A DNA stretch of 64,000 nucleotides, from positions 12,145-76,144 of the forward strand of contig DUBS01000003.1 of NCBI GenBank assembly GCA_012960225.1. The letters are read 5' to 3'. The stretch's first letter is position 1. The number at the start of each line of letters is the position of its first letter. The position numbers and the translations under genes are program-made. The stretch comes from Gemmatimonadota bacterium (GTDB taxonomy: Bacteria > Gemmatimonadota > Gemmatimonadetes > Longimicrobiales > Gaopeijiaceae). The notes below the pieces were generated by a model. The model saw nothing but the letters and a program-made list of their open reading frames with translations. It ran no database searches and was not told where the DNA came from. Positions 25,540 through 34,354 of the stretch are shown here, piece by piece.

Positions 25540-27390
25540 TCAGGATGCAGTCTTGTCTGCTACAGCACCGGTATAGAGCTGTTCTATGACTCCCTCGAAA
25601 CGTTCTTCAACCAGACTCCGCTTCACCTTGAGAGTAGGTGTAAGCATCCCGTTTTCAATCGAGAGTTCTTCTGATAGAAGCGCAATCTTCTTGGGAGTCT
25701 CAAAGGACGCGAGATCGCTGAGTTCCCCTAGTGTCTCACGTTCCAAATGGGAGAGAACCTCTTGATTGGAAACAAGCTCTTCAAAGCTCGACCACTCGAC
25801 ACCGTTTTGGGACGCCCACTGCTGGAGAGGCTCTGTGGCCGGAACGATGAGCAGAACTAAGTAAGGGCGGCGGTCCCCAATTATGACAGCTTGCTCGACA
25901 AATATGTTCGTTTTTAGGCGATTCTCTATCGGCTGTGGAGCGATGTTCTTGCCACCACCTGTAACTATGAGATCCTTCTTGCGATCTGTGATATAAAGAA
26001 ATCCCTCTCCGTCGATGTGACCGATGTCACCCGTCGCAAACCATCCTTCGGTATCGATCACGGAAGCAGTGGCTTCCGGTTTGTTATAATACCCCTTCAT
26101 AACCTGTGGGCCTCGAATCAGGATCTCACCGTCGGAAGCAATCTTGACCTCTGTGCCAGGCGCTGGCTTACCGACACTTCCTATCCGGAAGTGCTCAAGC
26201 GTGTTCGCGTTTGTAACAGGACTGGTCTCTGTGAGCCCATAACCTTCAAGGATGGTGAGGCCAATCGAATAGAAGAAGCGATTCAGTACCGGAGCCAAGG
26301 GCCCACCGCCACTCAGAAAGAGCCTCACCCTGCCTCCCACTCCAGCCTTCACCTTCGAGAAGACAAGCTTGTCAGCTAGTCCATACTGAAGTGTGAGCAC
26401 CCCCGAAGGCTCACGTCCAGTAAGGCGCAGATCTGCAACACGATCTGCCACGCCAGCGGCCCAGTTGATTAAAGCTTTCTTGATCCCACTCGCACCCATC
26501 ACGTTATTGTAGATTTTTTCATAGATACGCGGCACAGAAACAACCACTGTTGGACGGATAACCCCCATATCCTTGATTAACGTGGGCATGGAGCGAGGGT
26601 AACCAATCCGGCAACCGGTCCTGAAAAACAGATAGTCAGAGGTCCTCTGCAGGATATGAGACAGGGGAAGAAAGCTGACGGTATTATCGGCTCCTGCTAC
26701 GATTGAAAGCAGGCTACTACAAACCTGTACGTTTGAAGAAATATTGTTGTGGGTAAGCATTACGCCCTTGGGGTCACCAGTTGTACCTGACGTGTAGATG
26801 ATCGTAGCCACATCGTCCGGCTGAGCCTCAAGAGCACTTCTTCGAAAATCCTTATCGGATACTGCCGAGAAGGGGGCCGCTGCGCCTGACTTCAGGAACC
26901 CTTCCCACGAAAGCACTCCAGCGGGCATCTCAGACAATGAATCAAATACAACGATTTGGATTTCTTGGGGGCACTCCACTACTGCCTCGAGCACCTTTAT
27001 CACCTGCTCATACGAGGAGGCAAATACGAGCTTCGCACCTGAATCCTTGAGTGCATAAGCCACCTGAGAAGACGTCAATGTCGGATAAATCGGGACGTCA
27101 ATCACCCCGGTACACAAACACCCGTAATCCGCCAAAGCCCACTCAGGCCTATTCTCCGAGAGGATCGCTGCTCGGTCACCCCGAATGATGCCTTGAGACT
27201 CCAGCGCATAAGCCACTTTTTTCACTACAGAGAAGGCCTCACTATATACGATGCCAGACAACTCTGCGTCGGATACCATCCGTTCAAACGCAACCCGAGA
27301 ACCGTGTTCGTCAACTGCCTTAAGAAAGAGTTCAGTAAGTGTCGACCTGGGAAGAACCGACTCGTCCGCGAAGTAGTTGAGGGTCGTCAT
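25540..27390 (-). CDS. long-chain fatty acid-CoA ligase (AMP-forming)
   Basis: AMP-binding motifs (IIYTSGTTGDPKGVMLTH, GYGLTETS, TGDIG, GKNIAP). 616 aa. Confidence 0.85.
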   Translation of the reverse strand: MTTLNYFADESVLPRSTLTELFLKAVDEHGSRVAFERMVSDAELSGIVYSEAFSVVKKVAYALESQGIIRGDRAAILSENRPEWALADYGCLCTGVIDVPIYPTLTSSQVAYALKDSGAKLVFASSYEQVIKVLEAVVECPQEIQIVVFDSLSEMPAGVLSWEGFLKSGAAAPFSAVSDKDFRRSALEAQPDDVATIIYTSGTTGDPKGVMLTHNNISSNVQVCSSLLSIVAGADNTVSFLPLSHILQRTSDYLFFRTGCRIGYPRSMPTLIKDMGVIRPTVVVSVPRIYEKIYNNVMGASGIKKALINWAAGVADRVADLRLTGREPSGVLTLQYGLADKLVFSKVKAGVGGRVRLFLSGGGPLAPVLNRFFYSIGLTILEGYGLTETSPVTNANTLEHFRIGSVGKPAPGTEVKIASDGEILIRGPQVMKGYYNKPEATASVIDTEGWFATGDIGHIDGEGFLYITDRKKDLIVTGGGKNIAPQPIENRLKTNIFVEQAVIIGDRRPYLVLLIVPATEPLQQWASQNGVEWSSFEELVSNQEVLSHLERETLGELSDLASFETPKKIALLSEELSIENGMLTPTLKVKRSLVEERFEGVIEQLYTGAVADKTAS

Positions 27391-27411
27391 ATATGTTCCT
27401 CTCGTCAGTCT

Positions 27412-27831
27412 CTAAGTGCGCTCAACCCTAATATCCATACTAATCTCTGGGTTCAGCGAATGCAGCACGCTGCAGTACTTGTCCCGTGATAGATCAAGGG
27501 CATGCTGCACTTGGCTTTCGTGTTCTTCGCCAGGGCCAGTAATCCGACAAACAAGCCGAATTAATTCGTATTTCTTTGGCGCCTCGCTCGCTCGCTCCCC
27601 CGTAGCATCAATCTCGAGTGATTCAACGGGAACCCTTGATTTCTCTAAGATCATTCTCAGGTCGATTGCCATACATCCTGTAAGAGAGAGGAGAAGGAGT
27701 TCCATGGGTGAGGGCCCCTGGGAACTATCCCCGTCTATGGCAATCTCAGGGCCATCACCTGTGCCCCCCGTGAAGACAAGTGCATCACCGGACCAACGGA
27801 GCTCGATGCTCCGAGTATCAGAAAAGTTCAT
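27412..27831 (-). CDS. OsmC family peroxiredoxin-like protein
   Basis: OsmC fold with two conserved Cys (LTGCMAID and KYCSV). The ATG at 27831 is preferred over 27861, since it gives less overlap with the upstream TPR gene. Confidence 0.8.
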   Translation of the reverse strand: MNFSDTRSIELRWSGDALVFTGGTGDGPEIAIDGDSSQGPSPMELLLLSLTGCMAIDLRMILEKSRVPVESLEIDATGERASEAPKKYELIRLVCRITGPGEEHESQVQHALDLSRDKYCSVLHSLNPEISMDIRVERT

Positions 27832-28273
27832 CTGGAGGAGGGGGCGGGGGGAGAGAATCACTCGGATCGCCTAAAAGACCTGCAAGGGTGGCACGCGCGT
27901 GAGCAATATGGCTACCTGCTTCTGAGTCGTCCGGCGCACAGGCAAGAAAGAACTCAAAGTGCTGGATGGCACCTTCAGGGTCACCACTGTTCAGAAGAAT
28001 GAAGGCTAAACCGTAGTGTGCCCCTGCCGCGGAAGCATCCCTGTGGAGAACATGTCGATAGGTTTTCGCTGCTTCCTCCATCATTCCGATCCGAGTGTAG
28101 CAGATCGCAATCTGCTGAAGGATAACCGTGTCACCCCCAGATTGCTTTAGAGCGAGACGGAAAGAGGTGAGCGCCTCGTGGAAATTCTTGTCCGCGAGGA
28201 GTTCAAGGCCTTCGTTGTAGTAGTCGACGCGCTGCGGATTGCCGCCGCCGAAAAGCTTGTTCCAGAACGCCAT
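27818..28273 (-). CDS. TPR domain protein
   Basis: Three to four TPR units and a proline-rich C-terminus. Confidence 0.65.
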   Translation of the reverse strand: MAFWNKLFGGGNPQRVDYYNEGLELLADKNFHEALTSFRLALKQSGGDTVILQQIAICYTRIGMMEEAAKTYRHVLHRDASAAGAHYGLAFILLNSGDPEGAIQHFEFFLACAPDDSEAGSHIAHARATLAGLLGDPSDSLPPPPPPDELF

Positions 28274-28361
28274 CTGTGAGCAGACTACGCGGTCGGGGTA
28301 TGAGGCTTAGAGTACTGAGAAGGTAGGATCATTCCTCAGAGAAACGCAACTTCTTGATGTC

Positions 28362-28991
28362 TCAACTACTGATGGCTACAACCCTTCCCGATTCATCAGC
28401 CATGATCGATAACCCAGCAACTTGAAGCCATTCATGCGCGGTTGTAGCTGCATTCACCACAACAACTCTGGACATTGGTGCGATTACTCTCACCGCCTCT
28501 TCGAACCAATGCCGTTCAAGCCTGCCATCAATCACCACCCCTCTAAGCGTCCGAGAAAAAAATGGTATTCCTGGTTGAGAAACGATCCGACTCCATGATG
28601 GGTCAGCAGGCCATCTTGCCAAATCCGCATCTGCCCCGACTACATGGATATCATCTAGCAAGGCCGCGAGGCCTCCAGCAAGTACAGCGGGGCCACCAAT
28701 GAGTAGTACGGTTGCAGGGCCCTGAATGACACCCAATAGGGGTAGCAGATACTCACTTTCCTCCTGGGCTCTTATCACGGGGTCTCCGGCCCGTCCCTTT
28801 GGAAGTTCAAGACGAGGAGGAGCTCTCAGGTCCGCGAATCCACCAATAATCGGATACTGGTCCCTGCAGTTGGGACACCCCAGCACACCTTCAGTAACCC
28901 GCCGGTCACGTGTTTGGTCAGCTCTGAGGATTAGACCGAAATCTGGCCCACACCTAGAGCAGATGAGCCTGTCTGCAACAAGTACGTGCAC
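28362..28991 (-). CDS. Trm112-like zinc-ribbon protein with a methyltransferase-like C-terminal domain
   Basis: N-terminal CSRC...CPNC ribbon (Trm112/DUF343-like), then a Rossmann-like segment (VLLIGGPAVLAG). Confidence 0.45.
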   Translation of the reverse strand: MHVLVADRLICSRCGPDFGLILRADQTRDRRVTEGVLGCPNCRDQYPIIGGFADLRAPPRLELPKGRAGDPVIRAQEESEYLLPLLGVIQGPATVLLIGGPAVLAGGLAALLDDIHVVGADADLARWPADPSWSRIVSQPGIPFFSRTLRGVVIDGRLERHWFEEAVRVIAPMSRVVVVNAATTAHEWLQVAGLSIMADESGRVVAISS

Positions 28992-29030
28992 AATGACCTA
29001 GCCGGAAGATAAGAATAGCAACCCGCTCAC

Positions 29031-29750
29031 TCACGCCCGTTCAATCTGGATAAGGGGTATACCCACCGAGTTAGGCCGAGTCACTACGAAAGCCACTGCT
29101 TCAGCGACATCCCCGGGTTGCATCATCTGACTCCGGTTGGGCAAGGCAGGGTCATTGTCCGGATCCATTTCATCCCATAAAGCAGTGTCGGTTGCAGCTG
29201 GCTCAACAAGTGTAGCGCGTACGCCGGTTCCGCGAATCTCCTCGAGTAAAACCTCATGAAAACCTCTGAGTCCAAATTTGGAGGCAGAGTATGCAGCGTT
29301 GCCTCGGAAAGCTTTCCGGCCTGATATGGAACCAATGTTGATAATCAAGCCCGTCCCTCGATCCAGCATTTCCGGAAGCAATTTTCGCACAACCAGAAAA
29401 GTGCCTCGGAGATTTACACTAAAGCTTTCATCAAACGCGAGCACCGATTCCGTAGCGCAAGATGAGAGCCCGAAAACGCCGGCTGAGTTAACGACGATAT
29501 CAGGTGCCCCTCCAATCTCATCGGTAAGTCTCTCGAGCGCGCTCCAAACTGATGCGTCGTCCGAAAGATCTGCTACAAGTGAGTTACCGCCTGTTTCGGA
29601 GGCGAGTTCAGTTAATGCCGCTTCGACACGGCCCATACCCCATACTATCGCTCCTTCCTCAGCCAGCCTTGTAGCGATAGCGTGGCCTATACCCCGGCTT
29701 GCACCAGTGATAAGCACAGTGCGGCTTGAAAGGACCCGGCCTACTGACAT
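29031..29750 (-). CDS. classical SDR; candidate sepiapterin / pterin side-chain reductase by context
   Basis: TGASRGIG, NSAG and YSASK motifs. The ATG at 29750 shares one nt with the folE stop (TGATG). The longer 29939 ORF start lies inside folE. Confidence 0.8.
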   Translation of the reverse strand: MSVGRVLSSRTVLITGASRGIGHAIATRLAEEGAIVWGMGRVEAALTELASETGGNSLVADLSDDASVWSALERLTDEIGGAPDIVVNSAGVFGLSSCATESVLAFDESFSVNLRGTFLVVRKLLPEMLDRGTGLIINIGSISGRKAFRGNAAYSASKFGLRGFHEVLLEEIRGTGVRATLVEPAATDTALWDEMDPDNDPALPNRSQMMQPGDVAEAVAFVVTRPNSVGIPLIQIERA

Positions 29751-30361
29751 CAGAGCGGTTCGTGAGCGCTGGTTGTCATCCTCAAGAACTCGTCTCGAGT
29801 GCGTTGGTCCTCGAGGAAGGCACCTCTCATTGCTGAGGTGATAGTTTTCGAGTTCTGTTTCTGCACTCCGCGCATCATCATACACAGGTGATATGCCTCG
29901 ACAACAACGGCAACCCCCTGTGGCGTGGTAGTCTCCCACACCGCCTGCGCAATCTGCTCAGTCATCCTTTCCTGAACCTGAAAACGCCTGGCATAGACCT
30001 CTACCAAACGAGCAAGCTTTGATAGCCCCAGTATATGTCCGTCAGGTATGTAAGCGATGTGAGCCTTGCCAAAGAACGGAAGGAGATGGTGCTCGCACAA
30101 TGAGTAAACCTCAATGTCTTTGACGAGTACCATGTTTTGATGGCTTTGCTCGTAAAGCGCATCCCCGACCACCTCTTCAGGACGCTTGTGATAACCTTCA
30201 GTTAGAAATGCCAGTGACTTGGCAACCCGTTTGGGGGTATTCCGCATCCCTTCACGATCAGGATTATCGCCAAGTCGCAGGATAATCTCGGCGACCAAAT
30301 CTTCAAATGAAGCAGCTGACAGATCAGAAACCTTTGCGGGCTCAATGGCAATATCGCTCAT
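29750..30361 (-). CDS. folE: GTP cyclohydrolase I
   Basis: FolE type I motifs ([31 protein letters not shown]). Confidence 0.95.
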   Translation of the reverse strand: MSDIAIEPAKVSDLSAASFEDLVAEIILRLGDNPDREGMRNTPKRVAKSLAFLTEGYHKRPEEVVGDALYEQSHQNMVLVKDIEVYSLCEHHLLPFFGKAHIAYIPDGHILGLSKLARLVEVYARRFQVQERMTEQIAQAVWETTTPQGVAVVVEAYHLCMMMRGVQKQNSKTITSAMRGAFLEDQRTRDEFLRMTTSAHEPL

Positions 30362-30792
30362 GATCGGCCATCCTCTTGGGGGCCCCTATACTCGACTGAG
30401 TTCCGGGGCGTCTCGTTCACTATGATGCTGACTAAATTAGCTCCTGACGGGAGTGAGTTACTAATCCGGCTCCAGATCGAGACTGCCAGGTTTTCAGTTG
30501 TCGGATTCACCTGGGACAACCATGGTACATCCGTATTGAGATTCCGATGATCCATGTCAGAGACCACCCTGTCTTCTAGGATATCCTTGAGCTCCCTCAG
30601 ATTCATAACGAATCCTGTCTCTGGATCAATTGCCCCTTCGACGGTCACAACTAATTCGTAGTTGTGACCGTGCCAGTTAGGACTCGAACAATCCTGAAAA
30701 ACTTCGGCATTGCGCTCTTTAGACCACTCAGGTCTGTAAAGTCGATGCGCTGCACTAAAGTGAGCCTTTCTAGTAATTCGGACTAAAGCCAT
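30358..30792 (-). CDS. 6-pyruvoyl-tetrahydropterin synthase, animal/cyanobacterial (C-x5-HGH) type
   Basis: FSAAHRLY ... [11 protein letters not shown] ... VVTVEG.IDP.TGFVMNL ... DHRNLN.DVP ... TTENLAV.IW closely follows mammalian PTPS as I remember it. QueD has C-x3-HGH instead. Confidence 0.85.
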   Translation of the reverse strand: MALVRITRKAHFSAAHRLYRPEWSKERNAEVFQDCSSPNWHGHNYELVVTVEGAIDPETGFVMNLRELKDILEDRVVSDMDHRNLNTDVPWLSQVNPTTENLAVSIWSRISNSLPSGANLVSIIVNETPRNSVEYRGPQEDGRS

Positions 30793-30837
30793 AGTCTTCG
30801 CTAGTTAAGGTGCATGGCCGGCATACCCCAATTCTTA

Positions 30838-30888
30838 TAGAACGAAAGGGCCGGCATCTTGCACATAACGTGCGTAGGCGCCAGCCCT
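30838..30888 (-). terminator. terminator/attenuator-like hairpin in the PTPS-folE leader
   Basis: Minus-strand RNA: AGGGCUGGC (24-nt loop with an inner GCAC/GUGC stem) GCCGGCCCU, a 9-bp GC-rich stem followed by UUUCGUUCU. It lies about 50-95 nt upstream of the PTPS ATG and about 250 nt downstream of nfo. Confidence 0.4.
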
Positions 30889-31135
30889 CTCGTGCACAAC
30901 GGAGGGGGAGTTATTGAAGCCCGGGATAAATCTATGGTGACCTCCTCAAGTAATTCGCTTTCCCCTCCTCCGGGGCCTAGCGTCCGACTCGAGAGTCAGT
31001 CCCGGCTTCGGTGCATTGGCTCAATAAAGGAGCCCCCCGATGCGCACGGGCAAATATAGATTGGCCTGAAGTTCGGGACCAGCCGCTAAGACCAGGACCA
31101 CTTATGAGAACACAAGAGCAGAGAAAGGCAGTACG

Positions 31136-32005
31136 CTAGGCCGATGTTCGGAAACTCCGCAATAAACCTAGATTTGCAATATCCGCTGTATTGCCTTCGT
31201 CACCTTTTGGCGTTTCAAGAATCTTCGGTACGTGCCGTAAGCGTTCGTCGAGCATAATCCGTTCAAAAGGCTCAGGGCCAAGCGTTCCTTGTCCGATATT
31301 CTCGTGTCGATCCTTACGTGAATCGAACGGGTGCTTCGAGTCATTCATATGAATAAGGCCGAGCCGCCCAAGGCCGATCACCTTATCAAATTGCACCCAC
31401 ACACTGTCATAGTCGTTTAGGAGATCATACCCAGCTGAATACGCGTGGCAGGTATCAAAACAAATGCCAAGTCTATGTTGATGGTTCTCCGGAATCTGCT
31501 CAATAATGGACTGTAAGTTCTCGAACGTAGCTCCCACGCTTGTGCCTGACCCAGCGGTTAGCTCAAGCAGGACCTGCGTCCCGCCCTGGACTGCTTTAAG
31601 TGACTCTGCCACCCCACGTGCATTGCGTTCTAGACCTGCTGCTTCATCACCGTCCGTCGCGTTGCCAGGATGGGTTACCATGAAGTCTAGGCCCAATAGA
31701 CAACACCTCTCGAGTTCTCCCTGGAAACAACGTTGAGACATACGCCATAGACGTTTGTCAGGGGTTGAGAGGTTTATGAGATATGAGTCGTGGGCTCCCG
31801 CGATTCGAATTCCATACTCCTCTCGGGCAGCCCTAAAAGTCTCTGCTGATTCCTGCTCAATTTTCGGTTCCGCCCATCGACTCGGCTGTTTCGTGAACAG
31901 TTGTATATTGTTCACGTCGATCGCTGCAGCCCGTTCAGGCGCAAATTGTACACCACCGCTTGCGGATACGTGAGCACCTAACTCGTCATCGACTCTATTC
32001 ACCAT
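31136..32005 (-). CDS. nfo: endonuclease IV (AP endonuclease family 2)
   Basis: Nfo metal-ligand motifs (AHDSYLINL, VTHPG, ICFDTCH, IHMNDSK...DRHE). Confidence 0.9.
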   Translation of the reverse strand: MVNRVDDELGAHVSASGGVQFAPERAAAIDVNNIQLFTKQPSRWAEPKIEQESAETFRAAREEYGIRIAGAHDSYLINLSTPDKRLWRMSQRCFQGELERCCLLGLDFMVTHPGNATDGDEAAGLERNARGVAESLKAVQGGTQVLLELTAGSGTSVGATFENLQSIIEQIPENHQHRLGICFDTCHAYSAGYDLLNDYDSVWVQFDKVIGLGRLGLIHMNDSKHPFDSRKDRHENIGQGTLGPEPFERIMLDERLRHVPKILETPKGDEGNTADIANLGLLRSFRTSA

Positions 32006-32113
32006 TCTTTCAAGCTCAGCAATATATCGATCACCTCCTCAGCCCGTTGTCTAGGGCCTTGATAGAAGAAGCTCTTGGGCAAAACTCGAAGCTTCGAGCT
32101 ACCTATGTGGCGC

Positions 32114-33468
32114 TTACTCTTCCGGCAAGCCTGGCTCTGTCATACCCCGGACATCTAAGGCCTCGTTCACCTTGTCCTCAGAGAGCAACCCTTTAGAGAG
32201 TACTATGTCTCTGACACTCAATCCACGATCTGTTGCATCCTTTGCGACCAGTGCCGCTTGGTCATATCCGATATAAGGATTGAGCGCTGTCGCAATCGCA
32301 GGATTTTTTTCAAGTAACTCCTGAGCCCGCTCGGGATTTGCCTCGAAATATTTGCTATCAGTGTGATAGATTCGAGGAGAGACTGGGCTAGTACAGGCAT
32401 CATCACATTTAACTCGAAGTTTCCTCGACTCCCGGCAATCGTGATGGTGGTGTGATTTCCCATCACTCTGGCACACACCATCATCATCGCCTCGGACATT
32501 ACAGGATTAACCTTACCGGGCATGATCGAAGAACCAGGCTGTATTGCAGGCAACCGTAACTCTTGGATGCCAGATGTCGGTCCTGATCCAAGCCAACGGA
32601 TGTCATCAGCTATCTTCATAAGGCTGGTGGCAACTGTATTGAGCGCACCGGATACACTGACGGCCGCATCCTTCGAACCCTGTGCTTCGAAATGATCCTC
32701 AGCTTCGCGAAATGCAATCCCCGTAGTCTCTGCGATCCGGGCAATCACCTTTTCCGCAAAATCAACATGAGTATTGATGCCTGTTCCAGTCGCAGTGCCA
32801 CCCAGTGCGAGCTCTTCTAGTTCTGCCGAAGCAGATCGGACCCTATCAATGCCTTTGGTGACCTGAGCTGCATATCCGCTGAACTCTTGGCCAAGTCTTA
32901 CCGGCGTCGCGTCCATCAAATGGGTACGGCCTGACTTTATGATTTCATCGAATATGTTTGCTTTTTCGGTGAGCGTTGTACTTAGATGCCCAAGCGCCGG
33001 CAGGAGTTCCTCTTCAATTGATACCCTTGCGGACATATGGATTGCCGTTGGAATGACATCGTTCGAAGATTGGCCAAAGTTCACGTGGTCATTGGGATGT
33101 ACCTTCTCTCCGTGAAGCTCGGATGCTCGGTAAGCCACGACCTCATTCATATTCATGTTTGTAGAGGTGCCAGAACCAGTTTGGTAGATATCAACGATGA
33201 ACTGGTCATCCCACTTACCCTCTACAACTTCGGTTGCTGCCTTCGCTACCGCCTCGGCGATCTTCTCATCTAAGACTCCGAGCTCGGCATTAACTTCGGC
33301 AGCTGACTTCTTGATGAGACCCAGGGCTTCAATGAAGCGTCGGCCGAAAAGCTGACCACTAATTGGAAAGTTCTCGACAGCTCTTTGAGTTTGGGCACCG
33401 TAGAGAGCGTTCTCGGGAACCTTCATCTCGCCGAGAGAGTCCTTTTCAATGCGGTATCCGTCAGGCAT
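32114..33468 (-). pseudogene. fumC: class II fumarate hydratase, disrupted by a frameshift and short deletion near 32340-32360
   Basis: The 32218..33468 frame carries FumC through [11 protein letters not shown] ... [24 protein letters not shown], then turns to nonsense. The 32114..32476 frame carries the FumC C-terminus ([28 protein letters not shown]...). The 1355-nt span is not a multiple of 3. Confidence 0.75.
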
Positions 33469-33584
33469 GGGAGAACGGCCTCCTATTATTGATTCACTAT
33501 GACGAGTACGCCTCGGTTATCACTGTGGAGCCTCCAGAAATCTAAAGGAGGCTGGTGTCGAAGGGGAGCGCCCCAAGACTCCTG

Positions 33585-34295
33585 TCACCCCTTCTTAGGT
33601 TGGCTCGGGCGCATCTCTATACGACTTACGTGCGCTTCCCGAGGATAGGATAAGAGTTGAGTAACCGCGGTTGCACAGTCTTCGGGCTCAAGCTTCCAGG
33701 TGCGTACAGGGCTCTGTTCACGATGGCGGAACTCTGTGTTAACACTACCAGGCATCACAATTGATACACGAACATCGTCATACCGTACGTCAAGCATCAT
33801 GGCCTCTGTCAAGCCAAGTACACCAAACTTACTCGCGTTGTACGCTGTGCCTCCAGAAAACGGATTTCTGCTAGCAAGTGATGCAATGTTGATGATGAAT
33901 CCGTCTCCAGTTGTAATAAGGTGAGGCAGCGCGGCCTTCGAGCAGTAGAACACTCCACCGAGGTTTACGTCGATCTGAATTTTCCATTCGTCGATCGTCA
34001 TCTCAGATATTGGCTTGATGATACCTAGGCCGGCGTTATTGACCAGTATATCAAGGCGGCCAAACTGCTTTATTGTCTCGTTGATAAGCTCCTGGCACGC
34101 TGACGGATCTCCTACATCCGCAGAAATCGCGATCGCCCCATTCCCAATCTGATCGGATACCACCTGTGCTTCGTTAACTGAGCGCGAGTTGACGATAACA
34201 GACGCACCCGCCCTAGCTAGGTGTTTGGCAATCGCACGGCCAATACCCTTGGAGCTTCCCGTAACGATTGCGACCTTGCCATTAAGGTCAGGCAT
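33585..34295 (-). CDS. SDR family oxidoreductase
   Basis: TGSSKGIGRAIA, NNAG and YNASK motifs. Confidence 0.85.
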   Translation of the reverse strand: MPDLNGKVAIVTGSSKGIGRAIAKHLARAGASVIVNSRSVNEAQVVSDQIGNGAIAISADVGDPSACQELINETIKQFGRLDILVNNAGLGIIKPISEMTIDEWKIQIDVNLGGVFYCSKAALPHLITTGDGFIINIASLASRNPFSGGTAYNASKFGVLGLTEAMMLDVRYDDVRVSIVMPGSVNTEFRHREQSPVRTWKLEPEDCATAVTQLLSYPREAHVSRIEMRPSQPKKG

Positions 34296-34354
34296 AGGAC
34301 TCCTTCCATTTCAAGATCAGTGACAGGACTAGCAAGAGCGGCCCTATAGCTATT

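Noticed and set aside
27416-27874. A 152-aa plus-strand ORF exactly antisense to the OsmC gene. Similar long antisense or alternate-frame ORFs occur at 7929..8495, 17884..18558, 29278..29841, 55016..55429, 62001..62429 and 20640..21056.
   Set aside because: The opposite-strand or other-frame products have clear family motifs (OsmC, DctM, PhoR, SDR and others). These ORFs are Ser/Arg/Pro-rich and low-complexity with no recognisable motifs, which is typical of shadow ORFs.
30859-31059. A 66-aa plus-strand ORF inside the long nfo/PTPS intergenic region.
   Set aside because: It is antisense to the direction of both flanking genes, has no start context and low-complexity (Gly/Ser/Pro) content. 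The region is better explained as a structured RNA leader.
31042-31100. Plus-strand GCGCACGGGCAAAU...GGGACCAGCCGCUAAGACC superficially resembles the c-di-GMP-I (GEMM) riboswitch core (GCACAGGGCAAACC...GGGACGCAAAGCC...CUAAACC).
   Set aside because: Key conserved nucleotides (ACGCAAAGC) are missing. The element would be on the strand opposite to both neighbouring genes, with no downstream gene to control.
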